Shown here one piece after another: positions 21,077-31,720 of a stretch of DNA of 64,000 nucleotides. The stretch's first letter is position 1. Every line of letters starts with the position of its first letter. Location of the stretch: assembly GCA_963812605.1 (NCBI GenBank), contig CAWEWF010000002.1:64001-128000 (forward strand), read 5' to 3'. The position numbers and the translations under genes are program-made. This stretch comes from an uncultured Verrucomicrobiae bacterium. GTDB taxonomy: Bacteria; Verrucomicrobiota; Verrucomicrobiia; Palsa-1439. Under the pieces are notes generated by a model. It did not search any database and was not told the DNA's origin. It saw only the letters and a list, made by a program, of their open reading frames with translations.

Positions 21077-22060
21077 ATGAACCAACTCATTAGCGTCATC
21101 ATTCCCATGTTCAACGCCGAGCGCTGGATCGTCGAGACGCTCGCCAGTGTAGAGGCACAAACCTATCCGCAGGAACTCATCGAGATCATCGCGGTCGACG
21201 ATGGCTCGACGGATGCGAGCGCCGAGATCGTCGCGCGGCAGTTTCCCCGCGTGAAGCTGCTTCGGACCCCGAACGGCGGGGCGAGCCGCGCCCGCAATGC
21301 CGGCACGGCGGTCGCGCGTGGCGTATTTCTTCAGTATCTCGACGCCGACGATCTGCTGGTACGCGACAAACTGATGCGGCAGGTCCAAGCGCTGGAAAAC
21401 ACGGGCGCTGACGCGGCGTACGGCGATTGGCAGGGGCTGATCCTGCAGGACGACGGCACGTTCAAGCACGGCGACGTGATACAACGCAAGATGGAAGAGG
21501 ACCCCGAGATCGCCTTGCTCGTCGATTTCTGGTGCCCGCCAGCCGCGTACCTCTTTCACCATGAACTCGTCAAGCGGGTCGGTGGTTGGAACGAACATTT
21601 GCCCGTCATCCAGGATGCGCGTTTCACGCTCGATTGCGCGCTGCATGGCGCGCAGTTCACCTACTGCCGCGGGACGATGGCCTATTACCGCATCCACTCG
21701 CAGCACTCCCTCTCGCGCCGCGACCCGGCCGCGTTCATTGCCGACTGCTTCCACAATGCGCGGGAAGTCGAGGAATGGTTCCAGGAGCATGGCGGCATCA
21801 CGGCCAAGCGTCGCGCCGCACTCATCAAGGTCTTCGAGCAGGTCGCGCGGGCCTCGTATGAAAACGATCCGGACACATTCGAGACAGCGTTCGAGGCCCT
21901 CGAACGGCTCAGCCCGGGCGGCTACGTGCCCTCGCATCCGAAACACTTGGCGCTCGCGTCGAAGATCGTTGGTTATCGGAGCGCTGAAGCGCTGGCGGTC
22001 ACGTATCGTAAAAGCAAGGCCCTGCTCAAAACCTACGCGGAAGGGCAACGACCTCGCTGA
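21077..22060 (+). CDS. GT2 family glycosyltransferase
   Basis: SVIIPMFN, VDDGSTD, ASRARNAG, YLDADD. Confidence 0.9.
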   Translation: MNQLISVIIPMFNAERWIVETLASVEAQTYPQELIEIIAVDDGSTDASAEIVARQFPRVKLLRTPNGGASRARNAGTAVARGVFLQYLDADDLLVRDKLMRQVQALENTGADAAYGDWQGLILQDDGTFKHGDVIQRKMEEDPEIALLVDFWCPPAAYLFHHELVKRVGGWNEHLPVIQDARFTLDCALHGAQFTYCRGTMAYYRIHSQHSLSRRDPAAFIADCFHNAREVEEWFQEHGGITAKRRAALIKVFEQVARASYENDPDTFETAFEALERLSPGGYVPSHPKHLALASKIVGYRSAEALAVTYRKSKALLKTYAEGQRPR

Positions 22061-22119
22061 CGAACGACGCGGTTTCCACGGAATCATATGCGTTTCGCTG
22101 CCCCGACCAAGGCGCGCTC

Positions 22120-23493
22120 ATGAAGGTCATCCACATTCCATTCTGTTTCCCACCGGACCCCTTTGGGGGAACAGAGGTATACGTCGCCAACCTCGCACGG
22201 GACCTGCAAGGGCTCGGTGTGGATGCCATGGTCGCCGCGCCCAGTGAAACAACTCGCGCCTACACGACGGATGGTCTATGCGTCCGTCGGTACGCCGTCA
22301 GCAACAAAGTAACCGATGTCGCACAACTTTATGGGCCCGGTGATCTACTGGCGGCGACCGAATTTGCGAAGATTCTCGACGAAGAAACGCCGGACCTGGT
22401 CCATTTGCACGCTTTTACACCCGGCGTGTCATTGCGGGTGGTCCAAGCGGCCAAGAAACGCGGCCTTCCGGTGGTTTTCACCTACCACACGCCGACGGTG
22501 AGTTGTCAGCGAGGCACGCTATTGCTATGGGGAAAGGGTTTTTGTGATGGAAAGTTGGATCTCGTCCGCTGCACCGGTTGCACGCTCAACGGCCTTGGAA
22601 TCCATGCTCCACTGGCCGCGGGGATGGGTCGGTTGCCCCCTGCGGTCGGCCGCTGGCTGGGTGACCGCGGCTTGCAGGGTGGCATCTGGACGGCCCTGCG
22701 GATGAGCGAGTTGATTAATGTACGTCACGCGGCTTTCCGCAAGATGACTTCGGAAGTGGACCATATCGTAGCCGTCTGTAATTGGGTCCAGGATGTGATA
22801 CTCCTCAACGAAGTTCCCAAGGCCAAAGTCTCCCTCTCACGACATGGGATCAACTGGACGCCCGACCAAACGACCGCAGCCACCCGAGACTCAACACGCG
22901 AGCCGGGAGACACATTACGACTGGCCTTTGTGGGCCGATTGGATTCCACCAAGGGGCTGCACCTTCTTATCAGCGCGTTCAAGATGGCCCCGGCGCTTAA
23001 AGCCAGGCTCGATGTTTATGGTATCGTGCAGGGATCCGCCAACGTCGCCTATCAGAAGGAAATGCTGACGCTTGCCAACGGTGATCCGCGCATTTCGTTC
23101 CTGGAGCCTGTCGCGCCGGAACAAGTCGTGGTGCGCCTGCGACACTATGATTTTTTAGCCATCCCTTCCCAATGGCTCGAGACGGGTCCATTGGTCGCGC
23201 TGGAAGCTTTTGCCGCGGGGATTCCCGTGATCGGTTGGAAGCTCGGCGGCATCAACGAAATCGTACAACATGGGGTCAACGGCCTGCTGATTGAGCCGAA
23301 CTCGGTCGCGCGTTGGGCGGAGACGCTGCAACGCGTGGCAGAGGACGCCAAGCTGCGGGCGCACCTCAAGGCCGGAGTCCGTCCGCCACGAACCAGCGTC
23401 GAGGTCGCGCGCGAAATGTTGAGGCTGTACGAATCGCTCCTCGCACGGAAATCAACCAGGCGCGTCGAGCATCCGGCTGAAAAAGTGTATTAA
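22120..23493 (+). CDS. GT4 family glycosyltransferase
   Basis: GGTEVY, FVGRL..TKG, ETGPLVALEA. Confidence 0.9.
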   Translation: MKVIHIPFCFPPDPFGGTEVYVANLARDLQGLGVDAMVAAPSETTRAYTTDGLCVRRYAVSNKVTDVAQLYGPGDLLAATEFAKILDEETPDLVHLHAFTPGVSLRVVQAAKKRGLPVVFTYHTPTVSCQRGTLLLWGKGFCDGKLDLVRCTGCTLNGLGIHAPLAAGMGRLPPAVGRWLGDRGLQGGIWTALRMSELINVRHAAFRKMTSEVDHIVAVCNWVQDVILLNEVPKAKVSLSRHGINWTPDQTTAATRDSTREPGDTLRLAFVGRLDSTKGLHLLISAFKMAPALKARLDVYGIVQGSANVAYQKEMLTLANGDPRISFLEPVAPEQVVVRLRHYDFLAIPSQWLETGPLVALEAFAAGIPVIGWKLGGINEIVQHGVNGLLIEPNSVARWAETLQRVAEDAKLRAHLKAGVRPPRTSVEVAREMLRLYESLLARKSTRRVEHPAEKVY

Positions 23494-23500
23494 ACTCTTC

Positions 23501-24649
23501 ATGGGGCGTATTCTCTACATCCAGTATACCAATCCCGCCCTCTATCCTCCGTTGGAACACAGTTCGCGACTCCTTGCCGACGCCGGTTGGGACGTGCTCT
23601 TTCTCGGAACGGGAGCGGAGGGCCTCTGTTTCCCACATCACGACCGGATCACTGTGAAGGAAATTCCATTTCAATCGCCGGGCTGGCGGCAAAAGCTGCA
23701 CTATGCGCGGTTCGCGCTCTGGACCCTCTTTTGGACAGTCCGCTGGCGTCCTGCCTGGGTGTATGCTTCGGACCCGTTGTCCTGTCCTGCGGCCTTGGTG
23801 CTGAGTTACCTACGGGGAATCCGCGTGGCCTATCACGAACATGATTCGCCCAGCTCGGCGCACACCCGGTTCATGCGGTTCGTACTCTGGACGCGCCGGT
23901 CCCTGTCCACCCGGGCGGCGTTGTGCATTCTCCCGAACGTACAGCGCGCCGAACGTTTCGCCAAGGAAATCGGAAATGGCGTGCACGTGGATTGCGTTTG
24001 GAATTGTCCTACGCGCGATGAAGTTCCCAAGGCGCGTTCACCCCTGGACCGCAACATCGTGCGAGTTCTTTACCACGGCTCGATTGTCCCCGCGCGCCTG
24101 CCCACGACGGTCTTGACCGCCCTGACCATGCTGCCCGAGTGTGTGCGCCTGCGCGTCGTCGGTTATGAAACGATCGGCCACAGGGGATACGTCCGGCAAC
24201 TGCAGGAACTGGCCGCGCAACTGGGAATTGCCGACCGCGTGGAGTTTCTGGGAGCAGTGCCGCAGCGGCAGGAATTGCTCGCGCTGTGTCGCCAATGTGA
24301 CATAGGGTTGTCTCTGATGCCACAACAAAGCCTGGACAATAACGAACAGACCATGACGGGTGCATCGAACAAACCGTTCGATTACCTGGCGTGCGGTCTG
24401 GCACTGCTCGTATCCGATTTGCCCGATTGGCGGGCGTTATACCTGGACCATGGCCACGCGCTGGCGGTCGATCCGGCCGATCCCGTCAGTATTGCGACGG
24501 CCGTGCGCTGGCTGCTGGAACATCCCGGCGAATTGCGGGCCATGGGCGAGCGCGGGCGGCAGCGCATTTTATGCGAATGGAACTACGAACAGCAGTTCGC
24601 CCCGGTGCTGCAGCAGCTCACGAAACAACCTTTCCAAGCGAGGACTTGA
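23501..24649 (+). CDS. GT4 family glycosyltransferase
   Basis: YPP, YHEHD, SNKPFDYLACG, MGERGR. Confidence 0.85.
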   Translation: MGRILYIQYTNPALYPPLEHSSRLLADAGWDVLFLGTGAEGLCFPHHDRITVKEIPFQSPGWRQKLHYARFALWTLFWTVRWRPAWVYASDPLSCPAALVLSYLRGIRVAYHEHDSPSSAHTRFMRFVLWTRRSLSTRAALCILPNVQRAERFAKEIGNGVHVDCVWNCPTRDEVPKARSPLDRNIVRVLYHGSIVPARLPTTVLTALTMLPECVRLRVVGYETIGHRGYVRQLQELAAQLGIADRVEFLGAVPQRQELLALCRQCDIGLSLMPQQSLDNNEQTMTGASNKPFDYLACGLALLVSDLPDWRALYLDHGHALAVDPADPVSIATAVRWLLEHPGELRAMGERGRQRILCEWNYEQQFAPVLQQLTKQPFQART

Positions 24650-24771
24650 CATTGTTGCCGCGCACCTGGGAACTTCGCATGTCCTTATTGGCGAAGGGAC
24701 GCCACGGGATGGAACTACCAGTGACCATTTGGCTGTGGTATTAACATGCTAACCGGAAAGGAGACGTAAAG

Positions 24772-25612
24772 ATGTCCAATTCAAAAGGCCGAGGCACGCG
24801 TCCACCATCCAAGAAATGGTTGCTCGTAAAGGCTTATCGGTTACTCACCGATTTTTCTGGAGATGATGACGGCCGGGTTCTGCTACCCGTGCTGCGAGGC
24901 CCGGCACGGGGACTGCGGTTCCGCCTGGACCTGATGTCGGGACTGGAAGGGGGATATTTCGTAGGCCGTTATGACCCGAAGATCCTGCGGCTGATCGAGA
25001 AACTTTGTCAACGGGGGTGGTGCGTTTGGGACTGCGGTGGTTATCTCGGCTTTTATACGGCCTTCTTCGCGAGACTTGTTGGACCCAAGGGTTCCGTCGT
25101 GGTCTTTGAGCCCGATCCCCGAAACATGCTGAGAATCAAGAGCAACATGCAACTCAACAAATTCGAGCACGTGCAATTCGTTCACTCCGCCATTGGCGCT
25201 CCCTGCGGTGAAGTTGATTTCTTCCTTTCCGACAATACAAACTCCCACATTCCCGGCGCCTATGTGGGCGCTACGCGAGAAAGTTATGCGAAAATCGAAC
25301 AGGCGACCCAACGCTTGCGAGTTCCTTGTTTGGGCCTCGACCAAGCCTGTTTTGATAAGGGCTTGCCACGTCCGCAACTCATCAAGTTGGACATCGACGG
25401 AGCCGAAATGATTGCACTCCAGCATATCGAACGACTGGCTCGTGAAGTAAGGCCCCTGATCATCCTGGAGCTCCACAATCCGGAGTGCGACCGCGCCGCC
25501 TGGGATTTTGCCCGCACGACACATTATTCTCTTCGCTCTCTGGATACCGGTCAACAGATCCAGAGACCCGGAACAAGTGGGAGGCACACTGCTATGCACC
25601 CCCGGGGAATAG
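24772..25612 (+). CDS. FkbM family methyltransferase, probable frameshift near 25562
   Basis: WDCGGYLG, FEPDPRN, IKLDIDGAE, ILELH; alternative frame gives a plausible end DPEQVGGTLLCTPGE* at 25612 (the uncorrected ORF ends at 25668). Confidence 0.8.
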
Positions 25613-25658
25613 ACGCGCAGTATGGACAGTTTCGTGATGGCTCGGGGTTTGAATACGC

Positions 25659-26843
25659 ATGTCACTAGCAGTCATTGAGACGCACCCGATCCAGTATCAC
25701 GCGCCGGTGTACCGGGAATTGCAAAGAAATTGGGGCGTTCCTGTGACGGCGATCTACGGTTCGGATTTCAGCGTCACCGGCTACCGCGACCGCGAGTTTG
25801 GCGCCACGTTTGCGTGGGACACGGATTTACTGTCCGGTTATTCACCGATTTTTCTCGATCGAGTCGCGGACGGAGGCCCCACCTCAGACGCCGAAGTGAC
25901 CGCTTTCGGACTTCGCGACAAATTGCGGCAGGCCAAACCCGACGCGGTCATGATACTCGGGTACAGTCCACGCTTCCATCGCCAGGCGTTTTTTGCCGCG
26001 CGCCGGGCGGGTCTTCCGGTTCTATTTCGGGGCGAGACGACCGATCACGCCCGATCGCGCGGCGTCGTTAAATCATGGGCTCGCGAAAACGTGTTGCGTT
26101 GGCTCTACCAGCGCTGTGCCAGGCTCCTCTATGTCGGCCAACGCTCGCTCGAACATTACGGCCGTCATGGATGTCCCGCCGAGAAACTGATCTTTTCGCC
26201 ATACTGCGTCGATATCGCACCGTTTCAGTGCGATGAAGCCGCGCGCGGGCGATTTCGGGCGGCCACCCGCTCGACTCTCGGTGCGCGTGACGAGAAAAAG
26301 GTGATTGTTTTCTCCGGCAAGCTGAGTGCACGCAAAGGCCCCGATTTGTTATTGCGGGCCATCAAGCGGTTGCCGGCCGAGGCGCGGGAACGACTAGTGG
26401 TCATGTTTCTTGGCAGCGGCGAGTTGCAGGATGCCCTCCAGGCACTCGGAAGGCAATCGCCCGCCGTCAGCGTACATTTCCTCGGTTTTCAGAACCAAAC
26501 GCAGCTGAGTCCATACTATCACGCGGCGGATCTGTTGGTGTTGCCCAGCGTGGTGTCGGAAACGTGGGGCCTGGTCGTGAATGAAGCCCTGCATCACGGA
26601 CTGCCCTGTGTTGTTTCGGAGGCCGTCGGCTGCGCACCGGACCTTGTCGAGCCCGGCGTGACGGGTGAAGTATTCGTGAGCGGATCCGAAGCGAGCCTCG
26701 CGGACACCCTCACGAAAGCCCTCCGGCTGACGGAGCGGGCCGAAGTTCGGGCGAAGTGCCGTGAGAAGATTGGCGGTTATACGATTGGGAAAGCTGCCGA
26801 AGGGATCGCGCGCGCGTTCTCGGCGGTCGTTCCTCGCGCATGA
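25659..26843 (+). CDS. GT4 family glycosyltransferase
   Basis: THPIQY, FSGKL..RKG, ETWGLVVNEA. Confidence 0.9.
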   Translation: MSLAVIETHPIQYHAPVYRELQRNWGVPVTAIYGSDFSVTGYRDREFGATFAWDTDLLSGYSPIFLDRVADGGPTSDAEVTAFGLRDKLRQAKPDAVMILGYSPRFHRQAFFAARRAGLPVLFRGETTDHARSRGVVKSWARENVLRWLYQRCARLLYVGQRSLEHYGRHGCPAEKLIFSPYCVDIAPFQCDEAARGRFRAATRSTLGARDEKKVIVFSGKLSARKGPDLLLRAIKRLPAEARERLVVMFLGSGELQDALQALGRQSPAVSVHFLGFQNQTQLSPYYHAADLLVLPSVVSETWGLVVNEALHHGLPCVVSEAVGCAPDLVEPGVTGEVFVSGSEASLADTLTKALRLTERAEVRAKCREKIGGYTIGKAAEGIARAFSAVVPRA

Positions 26844-27859
26844 AACAAACACTGTTACTCGTCGGCAACCCGGACCCGATTCACATCGGCGCGCATCTGT
26901 TGCGCGCCGGGGCAGAGCTCGGGGTCGAAACTGTGTTCTGCAACATGGCTGACGCTTACGTCGGCTCGTTATGGGAGAACCGGGCGAACTGGTGGCTGCG
27001 CGGGCGGTTGCCGACACGGTTGCGGGAATTCAGCTCCCACGTGCTGGCAACCTGCCGTGACACCCGACCAACGTTCTTGCTGGCAACGGGCATCGCGCCG
27101 CTTGACGAAGCCGCCCTGAAGGAGATGGGGAAACTACACGTGACCCGCCTGAACTACCTGACGGATGATCCCTGGAATCCCGCACACCGGGCCTCGTGGT
27201 ATCTCCGGGCCGTGCTGCGGTATGATTACATTTTCTCGCCGCGTCGCGCCACGTTGGGCGATTTGCGCGGACACGGTTGTCTCAGCGCCTGCTACCTGCC
27301 GTTCGCCTACGCGCCCGAGGTTCACTTCCCGGAGGCGCCGGCCAGCGACGCGGAGCGCGCCCGTCTTGCGTCTGACATCGTTTTTGCCGGCGGCGCCGAC
27401 CGCGACCGCGTGCCGTACATGCAAGCGTTGCTGCAAGCTGGTTTTAACGTCGCGCTCTACGGCGGTTACTGGGAACGCTACCCCCAGACGGCCCGCGTCG
27501 CGCGCGGACACATCGACGCGGCGACCTTGCGGAAGGCCGTCAGCGCCGCCAAGGTGTCGTTGTGCCTGGTGCGGCGCGCGAATCGTGACGGCCATGTAAT
27601 GCGCACCTTCGAGTTGCCGGCGATGGGGGCCTGTATGTTGGCAGAGGACACGATCGAGCATCGCGAAATTTTTGGCGACGACGGCGAGGCCGTGGTCTAT
27701 TTTCGCACGCACGATGAGATGGTGAACAAACTTCGCTGGTTGCTGGCGCATGACGACGAACGTCGCCGCCTGGCGGACGCGGCGCACCGCGTCATCACAA
27801 AATCCCCGAATACGTATCGCGACAGGCTGGCCGCGATGTTGGAGCGCGCGTCCACATGA
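26840..27859 (+). CDS. CgeB-like GT-B glycosyltransferase
   Basis: TDDP, LPFAY.PEVH, DIVFAG, MRTFELPAMG, LADAAH. Confidence 0.8.
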   Translation: MKQTLLLVGNPDPIHIGAHLLRAGAELGVETVFCNMADAYVGSLWENRANWWLRGRLPTRLREFSSHVLATCRDTRPTFLLATGIAPLDEAALKEMGKLHVTRLNYLTDDPWNPAHRASWYLRAVLRYDYIFSPRRATLGDLRGHGCLSACYLPFAYAPEVHFPEAPASDAERARLASDIVFAGGADRDRVPYMQALLQAGFNVALYGGYWERYPQTARVARGHIDAATLRKAVSAAKVSLCLVRRANRDGHVMRTFELPAMGACMLAEDTIEHREIFGDDGEAVVYFRTHDEMVNKLRWLLAHDDERRRLADAAHRVITKSPNTYRDRLAAMLERAST

Positions 27860-28011
27860 AGTCTCGCGTTGCCATCGTGATGCCCGGCGCGGTGCTGCGG
27901 ATCGCGCACGAATTTCAGACGCGGGCAGAGGATGACGTGGCCGGTCATCTTGAGTTATTCATCCGGCAACGTCGCTCGCACCGCGTACTGGCGGCGGGAG
28001 TCCGAAGTTGA
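27856..28011 (+). pseudogene. 51-aa ORF, possible internally deleted glycosyltransferase remnant
   Basis: MKSRVAIVMPG...AAGVRS*; overlaps the upstream stop (ATGA) and the downstream start (TTGA). Confidence 0.4.
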
Positions 28012-29360
28012 TCACCGATTTCAACCTTGTTTGTGTTCTCATCTGGGGCATCATTGGGGCCGTGGCCTACTTTGTAACCGTAAGCCGCCAATGGTGCGGA
28101 GTGGGTTTGACGCTGGCCTTCTTCTTGAACATGACCCTGATCCACTGGTTCAGCGGCATCATCCTTCTCCTGCCCTGGTACACGCCGTGGGAATACTACA
28201 GCACCGTTCAGGGTTTCAGGATGAGCACCTTGGGAATCGTCGGATTTGCTGTGGGCTGCTTCGGCATTGCACCCCTGGTCTTCAAAGGGCCGTCGCAGGC
28301 GGAAGAATTCCCGGTATCCGAATCGGCCCCAAAGATCTTCCGCATTTTCCTGACGGTGGGCCTTGCTTCCTTTCTTCTTGGCGCGGCCGGGCTTGCCAAG
28401 ATACCGACCCTGAGTGCGATCGTGACTAGCGCGCAGGGGTTCGTTTTCGCCGCGATCGGCTTCGGAATCTGGCAGTCCTATCTGACCCAGAACCGGAAAC
28501 AACTTTGGTTGCTTCTCACAAGCATCCCGATTTTTCCGGTCCTGACCACCATGCTACAGGGGTTTCTGGGATTTGGAGTCTGGTACGCCATCACTGTCCT
28601 GTGCTTCTTTATCGCCGTTTACCGTCCCCGTTTGCGGGTCTGCCTGCTCGCGCTTCCCCTGGGGTATTTGGCTCTTTCCTTTTACGTAACTTATATGCGC
28701 GACCGGGCGGAACTGCGATCGGCCGTCTGGCAGGGGGATAAATTTGAAACGCGGGTGATCCAGGCCGAGAAGTTGATCGACCAGTTTGAATGGTTCGACC
28801 CCTGGAACCACGAACACCTGCACCGAGTGGACATTCGGTTGAATTACAATTGGTTGGTCGGGGCCGCCATATCCCATTTGCAGCTTACGAAGGGGTTCGG
28901 CAGGGGAGAGACGCTATGGATGAGCGTCCTCACCCTGATCCCGCGAGTTGTGTGGCCGGACAAGCCAATCCGGGCCGGCAGCATGGACTTCGCAACGCGC
29001 TATGCCGGTATTCCAGTCCCGGAAGGGACATCCATCGGCATGGGCCTGATTTTTGAATTCTACGTCAACTATGGCGAGTATGGTGTCCTCATTGGCATGC
29101 TGGTCATGGGGATTCTTGTGGGGGTGGCGGATCGGAAGGCCGGAGCCGAGTTGCGGTGGGGATCGCCCATTGCTTTTGCGCGATGGTTGATAATCGGGGT
29201 CTTTCTGCTGGACGTGGGCGGCTCGCTCATCGAAGTTGTTCCAGGCATCATCCTTGCTGTAATCTGGACGGCTGGACTAAAGCATGTATATGGGAAAACA
29301 CTGACGGAGAATGTCTCCGATTCGGCGCCAGTGATCGAAATCGACGCGACGCATCCATGA
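28008..29360 (+). CDS. Multi-pass membrane protein, Wzy/O-antigen polymerase-like
   Basis: About 10 hydrophobic segments with a large loop and IPRVVWPDKP ... EFYVNYG motifs. Confidence 0.65.
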   Translation: MITDFNLVCVLIWGIIGAVAYFVTVSRQWCGVGLTLAFFLNMTLIHWFSGIILLLPWYTPWEYYSTVQGFRMSTLGIVGFAVGCFGIAPLVFKGPSQAEEFPVSESAPKIFRIFLTVGLASFLLGAAGLAKIPTLSAIVTSAQGFVFAAIGFGIWQSYLTQNRKQLWLLLTSIPIFPVLTTMLQGFLGFGVWYAITVLCFFIAVYRPRLRVCLLALPLGYLALSFYVTYMRDRAELRSAVWQGDKFETRVIQAEKLIDQFEWFDPWNHEHLHRVDIRLNYNWLVGAAISHLQLTKGFGRGETLWMSVLTLIPRVVWPDKPIRAGSMDFATRYAGIPVPEGTSIGMGLIFEFYVNYGEYGVLIGMLVMGILVGVADRKAGAELRWGSPIAFARWLIIGVFLLDVGGSLIEVVPGIILAVIWTAGLKHVYGKTLTENVSDSAPVIEIDATHP

Positions 29361-30580
29361 AAGTCCTTCACGTCATTCCCACCTTGTCCCCGCGATACGG
29401 AGGTCCCCGCGAGGCGGTCCTTGAACTGTGCCGCGCCTTGCGGGCCACGGGCATGGAGGTGGAGATTTGTGCCACCGATGCCGACGGCCAAGGGCGATTG
29501 CCGGTTGAATTAGGCAAACGGACGCTCTATGAAGGGGCGCCGTGCTTTTTCTTCCGAAAGGACTGGAGCGACCCTTTCTATTATTCCAAATCCCTCCGGC
29601 ATTGGTTTGATGAGAATGTCCGCCACTACGACCTCGTGCACATTCACGACATATTCGTACATACGACGTGTGCGGGCGCCAGCGCGTGCCGGCGGTGGGG
29701 TGTCCCTTACATCGTGCGGCCCTGTGGGACGCTCGAACCGTGGTGTATGAGCCAGAAACGTCTCCGCAAACTTGTCTTTTGGCGCCTCGGTCTCCGGCGC
29801 ATGGTCCAACAAGCCATTGCCATTCAATACACAACCGATCAGGAACGCGAATTGACGGAAAGCTCACTTGGTCTGCGCAATGGTATCGTGGTCCCCAATG
29901 GCGTGCCGGAAACCCTGTTGCAGCACCAGCGCGGCCATCGGTTCCGAAAGCAAGTTGGGATTCCCGGGGAAAGCCCGTTTCTCCTGGCCCTATCGCGGAT
30001 TCACCCGAAAAAAGGGATCGACCTGCTCTTGAAGGCTTTTGTGGAGTTGCATGGGCGTGGTCAACTCCCAGGATGGCATCTGGTGGTGGCCGGAGACGGC
30101 GAAGCCAACTACGTTCGCAATCTTCACGGACTGGCACGCCGGACCGAAGCAGAACCGTTTGTCCACTTCACCGGGTGGTTGGAAGGAGAGTCGAAGTACG
30201 ACGCACTTTCTGAAGCGACCCTGTTCGTGCTGAGTTCGTATCAAGAGAACTTCGGTATCGCAGTCGCCGAAGCCATGGCCTGTGCCACACCGGTCCTGAT
30301 CAGTCAGCACGTCGGTCTGGCTGCGGAGGTCATTCAGGCGGGTGCGGGCTGGGTCACGAACATCCCGGACGGACTTCAGCAAGGACTGTTGGAGGCGACC
30401 AAGGATCCCACGGAATTGCGAAATCGCGGGCTGGCTGCCCGCGCGTTGATGCGGGATCGATTCACGTGGCGCCAGGTCGCTGAGACCTGGGTTTCACGCT
30501 ATAAAGAACTTGCCGGAGCGAACGCGGATGGCGCCATCGAAGTTGATCAGCCCAAGCCAGTGTCCCGGGTATCTGTCTAA
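29357..30580 (+). CDS. GT4 family glycosyltransferase
   Basis: MKVLHVIP..YGGP, SRIHPKKG, ENFGIAVAEAMA. Confidence 0.9.
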   Translation: MKVLHVIPTLSPRYGGPREAVLELCRALRATGMEVEICATDADGQGRLPVELGKRTLYEGAPCFFFRKDWSDPFYYSKSLRHWFDENVRHYDLVHIHDIFVHTTCAGASACRRWGVPYIVRPCGTLEPWCMSQKRLRKLVFWRLGLRRMVQQAIAIQYTTDQERELTESSLGLRNGIVVPNGVPETLLQHQRGHRFRKQVGIPGESPFLLALSRIHPKKGIDLLLKAFVELHGRGQLPGWHLVVAGDGEANYVRNLHGLARRTEAEPFVHFTGWLEGESKYDALSEATLFVLSSYQENFGIAVAEAMACATPVLISQHVGLAAEVIQAGAGWVTNIPDGLQQGLLEATKDPTELRNRGLAARALMRDRFTWRQVAETWVSRYKELAGANADGAIEVDQPKPVSRVSV

Positions 30581-30589
30581 GTCCTAAAC

Positions 30590-31693
30590 ATGAAGAACCT
30601 TCAACAGATCGCCTATCTCTGTCCGGACCTGCACGAATTCGGTGGAATCGGTACGGTCTCGCGGGTGGCGTTGCGGGCGCTGGAATCGTACAGTGCGGCC
30701 ACGGGTTGCCGCGGTCAGACATGGTCCTATGCCGAACCGACAGCAGACAACCCAATTCCGCAAGTGGCGGGATGGAAGACTACTGGTTATGCGCACCGAC
30801 GCAAGAGCGCAGCGCTCATGTGGGGACTGCGAGCCGGGTTGAACGATGCCCGGCACACCCTCGTCGTGGTAATGCATCTCCACTTGGCGCCGGTGGCCTT
30901 GCCGATGATAAAGCGTGGTGCACGGATGGCGCTGGTTTTGTACGGAAGCGAGGCGTGGACGCCGTTCAGCGGGTTGAAAGCCGCGTGTTTGCGCCGCGCG
31001 GACATCCTGATCGCAATCTCGGCTCACACCGTCCGTGGGTTTAAAGCCGCCAACCCATCGTTTGCGAAGTCGGAAGTAGTCGTCTGTCCATTGGGTGTGC
31101 CGGATGAGGAGCTTGCTTCAGATGGGTTCGTACCCGGAGAGCCATTCGCCCTGATCGTGAGCCGAATTTCTGCAGCGGAACGCCATAAAGGCCATGACCC
31201 TCTTCTGGAGCTGTGGCCCCACGTTTTGAAACGCTTTCCTGCGGCGCGATTGATGATCGTCGGCGATGGCGACGATCGCGTCCGGCTCCAGCAGAAGGCG
31301 CATTCTCTTGGATTGGATGATTCCGTCGTGTTTCTCGGGCGGGTTGATGATGCCACACTCCAGAAAATGTATCGCGCTTGCGCCTTCTTCGTAATGCCGA
31401 GCAGCCGGCTCGAGGGCTTTGGGCTGGTGTTTTTGGAAGCGATGCGCGCCGGCAAGGCTTGCATTGGTGGAGCCGGCGCCGCCGAAGAAGTGATTGTGCA
31501 CAAGGAAACCGGGTTGATCGTGCCGGCCGAAGACCGCGAGCCTCTCTTGGAAGCCGTATGCCATTTGTTTTCGAATCCCGACCTCTGTGCCGCGATGGGT
31601 CGCGCGGGACGGGAGCGATACGCCCGTCATTTCACCGACGAAGCATTCCATGACCGTTTCCTGCAAGCGCTGGGGTTGCGGGCAAAATGCTAG
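30590..31693 (+). CDS. GT4 family glycosyltransferase (PimB-like)
   Basis: GGIG, RHKGHD, EGFGLVFLEAM. Confidence 0.9.
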   Translation: MKNLQQIAYLCPDLHEFGGIGTVSRVALRALESYSAATGCRGQTWSYAEPTADNPIPQVAGWKTTGYAHRRKSAALMWGLRAGLNDARHTLVVVMHLHLAPVALPMIKRGARMALVLYGSEAWTPFSGLKAACLRRADILIAISAHTVRGFKAANPSFAKSEVVVCPLGVPDEELASDGFVPGEPFALIVSRISAAERHKGHDPLLELWPHVLKRFPAARLMIVGDGDDRVRLQQKAHSLGLDDSVVFLGRVDDATLQKMYRACAFFVMPSSRLEGFGLVFLEAMRAGKACIGGAGAAEEVIVHKETGLIVPAEDREPLLEAVCHLFSNPDLCAAMGRAGRERYARHFTDEAFHDRFLQALGLRAKC

Positions 31694-31720
31694 GACAGAA
31701 ATCAACTTGGTAATGTCCTG

